A DNA stretch of 64,000 nucleotides from the human T2T-CHM13v2.0 reference genome, Homo sapiens. The stretch lies in the NCBI RefSeq assembly GCF_009914755.1, contig NC_060948.1; one strand, 5' to 3'. Each line of letters begins with the position of its first letter. Position 1 is the first letter of the stretch. The notes under the pieces were generated by a model, which was given only the letters and a program-made list of their open reading frames with translations, did not search any database and was not told the origin of the DNA. Below are positions 10,713 to 23,200 of this stretch, one piece after another. The translations under genes were made by a program, and so were the position numbers.

Positions 10713-13700
10713 ATGGAATCGAACCACAAGGAATGGACAGGAATAGAATGGTCTCGAATTGAATGGAATCGTATGGAATGGCATCAAACGGAATGGAATG
10801 GACAGCCACGGAATGGAATGCACTCGAATGCAATGGAGTCGAAACTAATGGACTGGAATAGAATGGACTCGACTGGTACGGACTCCAATGGAATGGAATC
10901 GAATGGAAGGGAATCGAACGGAATGGACTCGAAGGGAAAAGACTGCAATGGAAAGGTCTCGAATGGAATGGAAATTAATGGAATGGAATGGAATCGAATG
11001 AAATGGAGTCAAAAGGAATGGAATCGAATGGCAAGAAATCGAATGTAATGGAATCGCAAGGAATTGATGTGAACGGAACGGAATGGAATGGAATCCAAAG
11101 GAATGGAATAGAATGGAATGGAATCGAATGGAAAGGACTCGAATGGAAATCACTCGAATAGAATGCAATTTAATAAAATAGGATCAAATGTAATAGAATG
11201 GAATGGAAAGGAATCGAAACGGAAGGAATGGAGACAGATGGAACGGAATGGAACAGAGAGCAATGGTATAGAATGGAACGGAATCATCTGGAATGGAATT
11301 GAATGGAATGGAATAATATGAAATGGAATGGAATGGAATGGAATGGAATGCCCTTGAATTAAATGGACTGGACTCGAACAGAGTGGAATGGAAAGTGTTG
11401 AGATAGAATGGAATGGACTCCTTTGGAATGGTGTAGTATGCAATGCAATCGACTGGCAGGGAATCAAAAGGAATGTAATCGAATGGATTGGACTGGAATG
11501 CAATGGACTCGAATAGATTGGAAACGGAATGCAAAGGAATGGAATGGAATAGTATGGAATGCAATGGAAGGGAATGGAGTGGAATAGACTAGAGTGGAAT
11601 GGAATGGACTGGAAAGCAATGGACTGGAATGGAACCTTCTTGGATGGATTGGAATCAAACGGAATGGAATACAATGCAATCAAATGGCATGGAATAAAAT
11701 AGAATGAAAGAGAATCAAATGGAATTGAATCGAATGGAATCGAATGGATTGGAAAGGAATAGAATGGAATGGAATGGAATTGACTCAAATGGAATGGACT
11801 AGAATGGAATGGATTCGAATGGAAGGCAAAGGAATGGAATCTATTGGAATGGACTGTAATGGAATGGAATGGAAGGGATTGGAATGGACTCGAATGGAAT
11901 GGACTGCAATAGAAAGGATTCGAATGGAATGAAAAAGAATTGAATGGAATAGAACAGAATGGAATCAAATCGAATGAAATGGAATGGAATAGAAAGGAAT
12001 GGAATGAAATGGAATGGAAAGGATTCGAATGGAATGCAATCGAATGGAATGGAATCGAACGGAATGGAATAAAATGGAAGAAAACTGGCAAGAAATGGAA
12101 TCGAAATGAATGGAGTGTTATGGAACGGACTCAAAAGGAATTGAATGTAATAGAATGGAGTGGAGTGGACTCGAATATAATGGACTGGAATGGAATGAAA
12201 TCACATGGAATGGGAACGAATGGAATGGAATGGAAAGGAATGGAATTGAATGAAAAGGAATCGAATGGAAGGGAATGAAATTGAATCAACAGGAATGGAA
12301 GGGAATAGAATAGACTGTAATGCAATGGACTCGAATAGAATGGACACGAATGCTCAAATTAAATGGACTCGAATGCAATGGAAACGAAAGGAATGTGATC
12401 GAATGGAATTGAATCGATTGGAATGAAATCACATAGAATGGAGTGGAATCAAATGGAATTGAATCGAAAGGAAAGGAAGCGAATGGACTGAAATGAAATG
12501 GAATGGAATTGAATGGAAAGTAATGCAATGGAATAGAATGGAACGAAATTTCACGGAATGGAATCAAACTGAATGGAATCAAATCAATGGAATCAAATCA
12601 AATGGAATGGAAAGGAATTGAATGGAGTAGATGGGATTGGATGGGATTGGAATGAAATGTACTGGAAAGGACTCGAATTTCATGAAACGGAATGGAATGA
12701 ATTGGAACGGAATGGACTCGAATGGAATGGAATGTCATGGGATGGCATCAAATGGAATGGCATCAAATGGAATGGAATCGAACGCAATGGAATGCTATGG
12801 AATGGAATGGAATGCATTGGAATGGAATGTCCTCTAATGGAATGGATTCGAGTGGAATGGAATTGAATATAATGGAGTCGAATGAAATGGTATTGAAAGG
12901 AATGGGATCGAATACAATGGAATATACTGGAATTTAACGTAATGAACTCGAATGTAATTGACTGGAATGGAATGTACATGAATGGAATGTAATCGAATGG
13001 AAAGTAATCCAATGGAATAGAATCTAATGCAATAAAATCGACTCAGATAGAGTAGAATGTAATGGAATGGAGTGCAGTGCAATGGAAGGGAATGCAATGG
13101 AATGGAATGGAATGGAATGGAATGGAATGGAATGGAATGGGATGGAATGGTATGGAATGGATAGTAATGGACTGGAGTGAAATGGACTGGAAAGGAATGG
13201 ACTCAAATTGAAAGGTCTCGAAAGGAATGGAGTCAAATGGAATGGTCTGGAATGGAATGAACACGAATGTAATGCAACCCAATAGAATGGAATCGAATGG
13301 CATGGAATATAAAGAAATGGAATCGAAGAGAATGGAAACAAATGGAATGGAATTGAATGGAATGGAATTGAATGGAATGGGAACGAATGGAGTGAAATTG
13401 TATGCAGTAGAAGAGAATAGAATGGAATGCAAGCGAAAGGAAAGGAATGGATTGGAATGGAATGGAATTCATTGGAATGGAAGGGAATGTAGTGTAATGG
13501 ACAGGCCTGGAATAAAGTGGAATGCTACGGTCTCGAATGGAATAAAAATGTATGGAATGGAATGCAATGAAACGGAATCGAATGTCATAGAATGTAATGG
13601 AATGCAAAAAAATGGAATCCAAAATCATTGACTGGAAAGGCTGGGTGTCGAAAGGAATTGACTCCAATGGAATGGAATCGCATGGAATGGAAGTGAATAG

Positions 13701-14256
13701 AATCGAACTAAATCGAATGGAATGGAATTGATAGGAACGGAATGGAAAGGAATGCAATGATTTGGCATGGAATGGAATCGAATGGCATCGAATGGAATGG
13801 AATGGAATGCAATGGAATGGAATGTATTAGAATGTAATGAACTTTAATGGAATGTACTCGAATGGATTCGACTGGAATGGAATGTTCTGGAAGTGAATGG
13901 ACTCCAATGGAATGGATTCAAAAGGAATGGAATCGTACGGAATGGAATCTAATGGAATGGAATTAAATGGAAATGAATCAAATTGAATAGCACGGAATTG
14001 AATTGAATGGAATGGAATGCAATGGAATCTAATGAAACGGAAAGGAAAGGAATGGAATGGAATGCAATGGGCTGGAATGGAAAGGAATCGAAACAAATGG
14101 AATGGAATCGAAGTGAAGAGACTGGAATGGAATGCACTGGAATGGAAGGGAGTGTAATGGAAGGTTCTCGAAAAAAATGGAATCGAATGGAATGGAATTG
14201 AATGGAACGGAATAGAGTCGAATGGAATTGAATGGAATGGAATGGACTAGAGTGAA
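10713..14256 (+). repeat. DYZ1 unit U4 (3544 bp), B/A chimera
   Basis: B alleles up to ~11420 and A alleles from ~11560. Confidence 0.85.
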
Positions 14257-17200
14257 ATGGAATCGAACCACAAGGAATGGACAGGAATAGAATGGTCTCG
14301 AATTGAATGGAATCGTATGGAATGGCATCAAACGGAATGGAATGGACAGCCACGGAATGGAATGCACTCGAATACAATGGAGTCGAAACTAATGGACTGG
14401 AATAGAATGGACTCGACTGGTACGGACTCCAATGGAATGGAATCGAATGGAAGGGAATCGAACGGAAGGGAATCGAACGGAATGGACTCGAAGGGAAAAG
14501 ACTGCAATGGAAAGGTCTCGAATGGAATGGAAATTAATGGAATGGAATGGAATCGAATGAAATGGAGTCAAAAGGAATGGAATCGAATGGCAAGAAATCG
14601 AATGTAATGGAATCGCCAGGAATTGATGTGAACGGAACGGAATGGAATGGAATCCAAAGGAATGGAATAGAATGGAATGGAATCGAATGGAAAGGACTCG
14701 AATGGAAATCACTCGAATAGAATGCAATTTAATAAAATAGGATCAAATGTAATGGAATGGAATGGAAAGGAATCGAAACGAAAGGAATGGAGACAGATGG
14801 AATGGAATGGAACAGAGAGCAATGGTATAGAATGGAATGGAATCATCTGGAATGGAATTGAATGGAATGGAATAATATGAAATGGAATGGAATGGAATGG
14901 AATGGAATGCCCTTGAATTAAATGGACTGGAATGGAATGGACTCAAACAGAGTGGAATGGAAAGTGTGGAGATAGAATGGAATGAACTCCTTTGGAATGG
15001 TCTAGTATGCAATGCAATCCACTGGCAGGGAATCAAAAGGTATGTAATCGAATGGATTGGACTGGAATGCAAAGGACTGGAATAGATTGGAAACGGAATG
15101 CAAAGGAATGGAATGGAATAGTATGGAATGCAATGGAAGGGAATGGAGTGGAATAGACTAGAGTGGAATGGAATGGACTGGAAAGCAATGGACTGGAATG
15201 GAACTTTCTTGGATGGACTGGAATCAAACGGAATGGAATGCAGTGCAATCAAATGGCATGGAATAAAATAGAATGAAAGAGAATCAAATGGAATTGAATC
15301 GAATGGAATCGAATGGATTGGAAAGGAATAGAATGGAATGGAATGGAATTGACTCAAATGGAATGGACTAGAATGGAATGGATTCGAATGGAAGGCAAAG
15401 GAATGGAATCTATTGGAATGGACTGTAATGGAATGGAATGGAAGGGATTGGAATGGACTCGAATGGAATGGACTGCAATAGAAAGGATTCGAATGGAATG
15501 GAAAAGAATTGAATGGAATAGAACAGAATGGAATCAAATCGAATGAAATGGAATGGAATAGAAAGGAATGGAATGAAATGGAATGGAAAGGATTCGAATG
15601 GAATGCAATCGAATGGAATGGAATCGAACGGAATGGAATAAAATGGAAGAAAACTGGCAAGAAATGGAATCGAAATGAATGGAGTGTTATGGAACGGACT
15701 CAAAAGGAATTGAATGTAATAGAATGGAGTGGAGTGGACTCGAATATAATGGACTGGAATGGAATGAAATCACATGGAATGGGAACGAATGGAATGGAAT
15801 GGAAAGGAATGGAATCGAATGGAAAGGAATCGAATGGAAGGGAATGAAATTGAATCAACACGAATGGAAGGGAATAGAATAGACTGTAATGGAATGGACT
15901 CGAATAGAATGGACACGAATGCTCAAATTAAATGGACTCGAATGGAATGGAAACGAAAGGAATGTCATCGAATGGAATTGAATCGATTGGAATGAAATCA
16001 CATAGAATGGAGTGGAATCAAATGGAATTGAATCGAAAGGAAAGGAAGCGAATGGACTGAAATGAAATGGAATGGAATTGAATGGAAAGTAATGCAATGG
16101 AATAGAATGGAACGAAATTTCACGGAATGGAATCAAACTGAATGGAATCAAATCAATGGAATCAAATCAAATGGAATGGAAAGGAATTGAATGGAGTAGA
16201 TGGGATTGGATGGGATTGGAATGAAATGTACTGGAAAGGACTCGAATTTCATGAAACGGAATGGAATGAATTGGAACGGAATGGACTCGAATGGAATGGA
16301 ATGTCATGGGATGGCATCAAATGGAATGACATCAAATGGAATGGAATCGAATGCAATGGAATGCTATGGAATGGAATGGAATGCATTGGAATGGAATGTC
16401 CTCTAATGGAATGGATTCGAGTGGAATGGAATTGAATATAATGGAGTCGAATGAAATGGAATTGAAAGGAATGGGATCGAATACAATGGAATATACAGGA
16501 ATGTAACGTAATGAACTCGAATGTAATTGACTGGAATGGAATGTACATGAATGGAATGTAATCGAATGGAAAGTAATCCAATGGAATAGAATCTAATGCA
16601 ATAAAATCGACTCAGATAGAGTAGAATGTAATGGAATGGAGTGCAGTGCAATGGAATGGAATGGAATGGAATGCAATGGAATGGAATGGAATGGAATGGA
16701 ATGGAATGGAATGGAATGGGATGGAATGGTATGGAATGGATAGTATTGGACTGGAGTGAAATGGACTGGAAAGGAATGGACTCAAATTGAAAGGGCTCGA
16801 AAGGAATGGAGTCAAATGGAATGGTCTGGAATGGAATGAACACGAATGTAATGCAACCCAATAGAATGGAATCGAATGGCATGGAATATAAAGAAATGGA
16901 ATCGAAGAGAATGGAAACAAATGGAATGGAATTGAATGGAATGGAATTGAATGGAATGGGAACGAATGGAGTGAAATTGTATGTAGTAGAAGATAATAGA
17001 ATGGAATGCAAGCGAAAGGAAAGGAATGGATTGGAATGGAATGGAATTCATTGGAATGGAAGGGAATGTAGTGTAATGGACAGGCCTGGAATAAAGTGGA
17101 ATGCTACGGTCTCGAATGGAATAAAAATGTATGGAATGGAATGCAATGAAACGGAATCGAATGTCATAGAATGTAATGGAATGCAAAAAAATGGAATCCA

Positions 17201-20200
17201 AAATCATTGACTGGAAAGGCTGGGTGTCGAAAGGAATTGACTCCAATGGAATGGAATCGAATGGAATGGAAGTGAATAGAATCGAACTAAATCGAATGGA
17301 ATGGAATTGATAGGAATGGAATGGAAAGGAATGCAATGATTTGGCATGGAATGGAATCGAATGGCATCGAATGGAATGGAATGGAATGCAATGGAATGGA
17401 ATGTATTAGAATGTAATGAACTTTAATGGAATGTACTCGAATGGATTCGACTGGAATGGAATGTTCTGGAAGTGAATGGACTCCAATGGAATGGATTCAA
17501 AAGGAATGGAATCGTACGGAATGGAATCTAATGGAATGGAATTAAATGGAAATGAATCAAATTGAATAGCACGGAATTGAATTGAATGGAATGGAATGCA
17601 ATGGAATCTAATGAAACGGAAAGATAAGGAATGGAATGGAATGGAATGGGCTGGAATGGAAAGGAATCGAAACGAATGGAATGGAATCGAAGTGAAGAGA
17701 CTGGAATGGAATGCACTGGAATGGAAGGGAGTGTAATGGAAGGTTCTCGAAAAAAATGGAATCGAATGGAATGGAATTGAATGGAACGGAATAGAGTCGA
17801 ATGGAATTGAATGGAATGGAATGGTCTAGAGTGAAATGGAATCGAACCACAAGGAATGGACAGGAATAGAATGGTCTCGAATTGAATGGAATCGTATGGA
17901 ATGGCATCAAACGGAATGGAATGGACAGCCACGGAATGGAATGCACTCGAATGCAATGGAGTCGAAACTAATGGACTGGAATAGAATGGACTCGACTGGT
18001 ACGGACTCCAATGGAATGGAATCGAATGGAAGGGAATCGAACGGAATGGAATCGAACGGAATGGACTCGAAGGGAAAAGACTGCAATGGAAAGGTCTCGA
18101 ATGGAATGGAAATTAATGGAATGGAATGGAATCGAATGAAATGGAGTCAAAAGGAATGGAATCGAATGGCAAGAAATCGAATGTAATGGAATCGCGAGGA
18201 ATTGATGTGAACGGAACGGAATGGAATGGAATCCAAAGGAATGGAATAGAATGGAATGGAATCGAATGGAAAGGACTCGAATGGAAATCACTCGAATAGA
18301 ATGCAATTTAATAAAATAGGATCAAATGTAATGGAATGGAATGGAAAGGAATCGAAACGAAAGGAATGGAGACAGATGGAATGGAATGGAACAGAGAGCA
18401 ATGGTATAGAATGGAATGGAATCATCTGGAATGGAATTGAATGGAATGGAATAATATGAAATGGAATGGAATGGAATGGAATGGAATGGAATGGAATGCC
18501 CTTGAATTAAATGGACTGGAATGGAATGGACTCAAACAGAGTGGAATGGAAAGTGTGGAGATAGAATGGAATGAACTCCTTTGGAATGGTGTAGTATGCA
18601 ATGCAATCGACTGGCAGGGAATCAAGAGGAATGTAATCGAATGGATTGGACTGGAATGCAATGGACTCGAATAAATTGGAAACGGAATGCAAAGGAATGG
18701 AATGGAATAGTATGGAATGCAATGGAAGGGAATGGAGTGGAATAGACTAGAGTGGAATGGAATGGACTGGAAAGCAATAGACTGGAATGGAACTTTCTTG
18801 GATGGACTGGAATCAAACGGAATGGAATGCAGTGCAATCAAATGGCATGGAATAAAATAGAATGAAAGAGAATCAAATGGAATTGAATCGAATGGAATCG
18901 AATGGATTGGAAAGGAATAGAATGGAATGGAATGGAATTGACTCAAATGGAATGGACTAGAATGGAATGGATTCGAATGGAAGGCAAAGGAATGGAATCT
19001 ATTGGAATGGACTGTAATGGAATGGAATGGAAGGGATTGGAATGGACTCTAATGGAATGGACTGCAATAGAAAGGATTCGAATGGAATGAAAAAGAATTG
19101 AATGGAATAGAACAGAATGGAATCAAATCGAATGAAATGGAATGGAATAGAAAGGAATGGAATGAAATGGAATGGAAAGGATTCGAATGGAATGCAATCG
19201 AATGGAATGGAATCGAACGGAATGGAATAAAATGGAAGAAAACTGGCAAGAAATGGAATCGAAATGAATGGAGTGTTATGGAACGGACTCAAAAGGAATT
19301 GAATGTAATAGAATGGAGTGGAGTGGACTCGAATATAATGGACTGGAATGGAATGAAATCACATGGAATGGGAACGAATGGAATGGAATGGAAAGGAATG
19401 GAATCGAATGGAAAGGAATCGAATGGAAGGGAATGAAATTGAATCAACACGAATGGAAGGGAATAGAATAGACGGTAATGGAATGGACTCGAATAGAATG
19501 GACACGAATGCTCAAATTAAATGGACTCGAATGGAATGGAAACGAAAGGAATGTCATCGAATGGAATTGAATCGATTGGAATGAAATCGCATAGAATGGA
19601 GTGGAATCAAATGGAATTGAATCGAAAGGAAAGGAAGCGAATGGACTGAAATGAAATGGAATGGAATTGAATGGAAAGTAATGCAATGGAATAGAATGGA
19701 ACGAAATTTCACGGAATGGAATCAAACTGAATGGAATCAAATCAATGGAATCAAATCAAATGGAATGGAAAGGAATTGAATGGAGTAGATTGGATTGGAT
19801 GGGATTGGAATGAAATGTACTGGAAAGGACTCGAATTTCATGAAACGGAATGGAATGAATTGGAACGGAATGGACTCGAATGGAATGGAATGTCATGGGA
19901 TGGCATCAAATGGAATGTCATCAAATGGAATGGAATCGAATGCAATGGAATGCTATGGAATGGAATGGAATGCATTGGAATGGAATGTCCGCTAATGGAA
20001 TGGATTCGAGTGGAATGGAATTGAATATAATGGAGTCGAATGAAATGGAATTGAAAGGAATGGGATCGAATACAATGGAATATACTGGAATGTAACGTAA
20101 TGAACTCGAATGTAATTGACTGGAATGGAATGTACATGAATGGAATGTAATCGAATGGAAAGTAATCCAATGGAATAGAATCTAATGCAATAAAATCGAC

Positions 20201-23200
20201 TCAGATAGAGTAGAATGTAATGGAATGGAGAGCAGTGCAATGGAATGGATTGGAATGGAATGCAATGGAATGGAATGGAATGGAATGGAATGGAATGGAA
20301 TGGAATGGAATGGGATGGAATGGTATGGAATGGATAGTAATGGACTGGAGTGAAATGGACTGGAAAGGAATGGACTCAAATTGAAAGGTCTCGAAAGGAA
20401 TGGAGTCAAATGGAATGGTCTGGAATGGAATGAACACGAATGTAATGCAACCCAATAGAATGGAATCGAATGGCATGGAATATAAAGAAATGGAATCGAA
20501 GAGAATGGAAACAAATGGAATGGAATTGAATGGAATGGAATTGAATGGAATGGGTACGAATGGAGTGAAATTGTATGCAGTAGAAGAGAATAGAATGGAA
20601 TGCAAGCGAAAGGAAAGGAATGGATTGGAATGGAATGGAATTCATTGGAATGGAAGGGAATGTAGTGTAATGGACAGGCCTGGAATAAAGTGGAATGCTA
20701 CGGTCTCGAATGGAATAAAAATGTATGGAATGGAATGCAATGAAACGGAATCGAATGTCATAGAATGTAATGGAATGCAAAAAAATGGAATCCAAAATCA
20801 TTGACTGGAAAGGCTGGGTGTCGAAAGGAATTGACTCCAATGGAATGGAATCGAATGGAATGGAAGTGAATAGAATCGAACTAAATCGAATGGAATGGAA
20901 TTGATAGGAATGGAATGGAAAGGAATGCAATGATTTGGCATGGAATGGAATCGAATGGCATCGAATGGAATGGAATGGAATGCAATGGAATGGAATGTAT
21001 TAGAATGTAATGAACTTTAATGGAATGTACTCGAATGGATTCGACTGGAATGGAATGTTCTGGAAGTGAATGGACTCCAATGGAATGGATTCAAAAGGAA
21101 TGGAATCGTACGGAATGGAATCTAATGGAATGGAATTAAATGGAAATGAATCAAATTGAATAGCACGGAATTGAATTGAATGGAATGGAATGCAATGGAA
21201 TCTAATGAAACGGAAAGGAAATGAATGGAATGGAATGGAATGGGCTGGAATGGAAAGGAATCGAAACGAATGGAATGGAATCGAAGTGAAGAGACTGGAA
21301 TGGAATGCACTGGAATGGAAGGGAGTGTAATGGAAGGTTCTCGAAAAAAATGGAATCGAATGGAATGGAATTGAATGGAACGGAATAGAGTCGAATGGAA
21401 TTGAATGGAATGGAATGGACTAGAGTGAAATGGAATCGAACCACAAGGAATGGACAGGAATAGAATGGTCTCGAATTGAATGGAATCGTATGGAATGGCA
21501 TCAAACGGAATGGAATGGACAGCCACGGAATGGAATGCACTCGAATGCAATGGAGTCGAAACTAATGGACTGGAATAGAATGGACTCGACTGGTACGGAC
21601 TCCAATGGAATGGAATCGAATGGAAGGGAATCGAACGGAAGGGAATCGAACGGAATGGACTCGAAGGGAAAAGACTGCAATGGAAAGGTCTCGAATGGAA
21701 TGGAAATTAATGGAATGGAATAGAATCGAATGAAATGGAGTCAAAAGGAATGGAATCGAATGGCAAGAAATCGAATGTAATGGAATCTCCAGGAATTGAT
21801 GTGAACGGAACGGAATGGAATGGAATCCAAAGGAATGGAATAGAATGAAATGGAATCGAATGGAAAGGACTCGAATGGAAATCACTCAAATAGAATGCAA
21901 TTTAATAAAATAGGATCAAATGTAATGGAATGGAATGGAAAGGAATCGAAACGAAAGGAATGGAGACAGATGGAATGGAATGGAACAGAGAGCAATGGTA
22001 TAGAATGGAATGGAATCATCTGGAATGGAATTGAATGGAATGGAATAATATGAAATGGAATGGAATGGAATGGAATGGAATGCCCTTGAATTAAATGGAC
22101 TGGAATGGAATGGACTCAAACAGAGTGGAATGGAAAGTGTGGAGATAGAATGGAATGAACTCCTTTGGAATGGTGTAGTATGCAATGCAATCGACTGGCA
22201 GGGAATCAAAAGGTATGTAATCGAATGGATTGGACTGGAATGCAAAGGACTCGAAAAGATTGGAAACGGAATGCAAAGGAATGGAATGGAATAGTATGGA
22301 ATGCAATGGAAGGGAATGGAGTGGAATAGACTAGAGTGGAATGGAATGGACTGGAAAGCAATGGACTGGAATGGAACTTTCTTGGATGGACTGGAATCAA
22401 ACGGAATGGAATGCAGTGCAATCAAATGGCATGGAATAAAATAGAATGAAAGAGAATCAAATGGAATTGAATCGAATGGAATCGAATGGATTGGAAAGGA
22501 ATAGAATGGAATGGAATGGAATTGACTCAAATGGAATGGACTAGAATGGAATGGATTCGAATGGAAGGCAAAGGAGTGGAATCTATTGGAATGGACTGTA
22601 ATGGAATGGAATGGAAGGGATTGGAATGGACTCGAATGGAATGGACTGCAATAGAAAGGATTCGAATGGAATGAAAAAGAATTGAATGGAATAGAACAGA
22701 ATGGAATCAAATCGAATGAAATGGAATGGAATAGAAAGGAATGGAATGAAATGGAATGGAAAGGATTCGAATGGAATGCAATCGAATGGAATGGAATCGA
22801 ACGGAATGGAATAAAATGGAAGAAAACTGGCAAGAAATGGAATCGAAATGAATGGAGTGTTATGGAACGGACTCAAAAGGAATTGAATGTAATAGAATGG
22901 CGTGGAGTGGACTCGAATATAATGGACTGGAATGGAATGAAATCACATGGAATGGGAACGAATGGAATGGAATGGAAAGGAATGGAATCGAATGGAAAGG
23001 AATCGAATGGAAGGGAATGAAATTGAATCAACACGAATGGAAGGGAATAGAATAGACTGTAATGGAATGGACTCGAATAGAATGGACACAAATGCTCAAA
23101 TTAAATGGACTCGAATGGAATGGAAACGAAAGGAATGTCATCGAATGGAATTGAATCGATTGGAATGAAATCGCATAGAATGGAGTGGAATCAAATGGAA

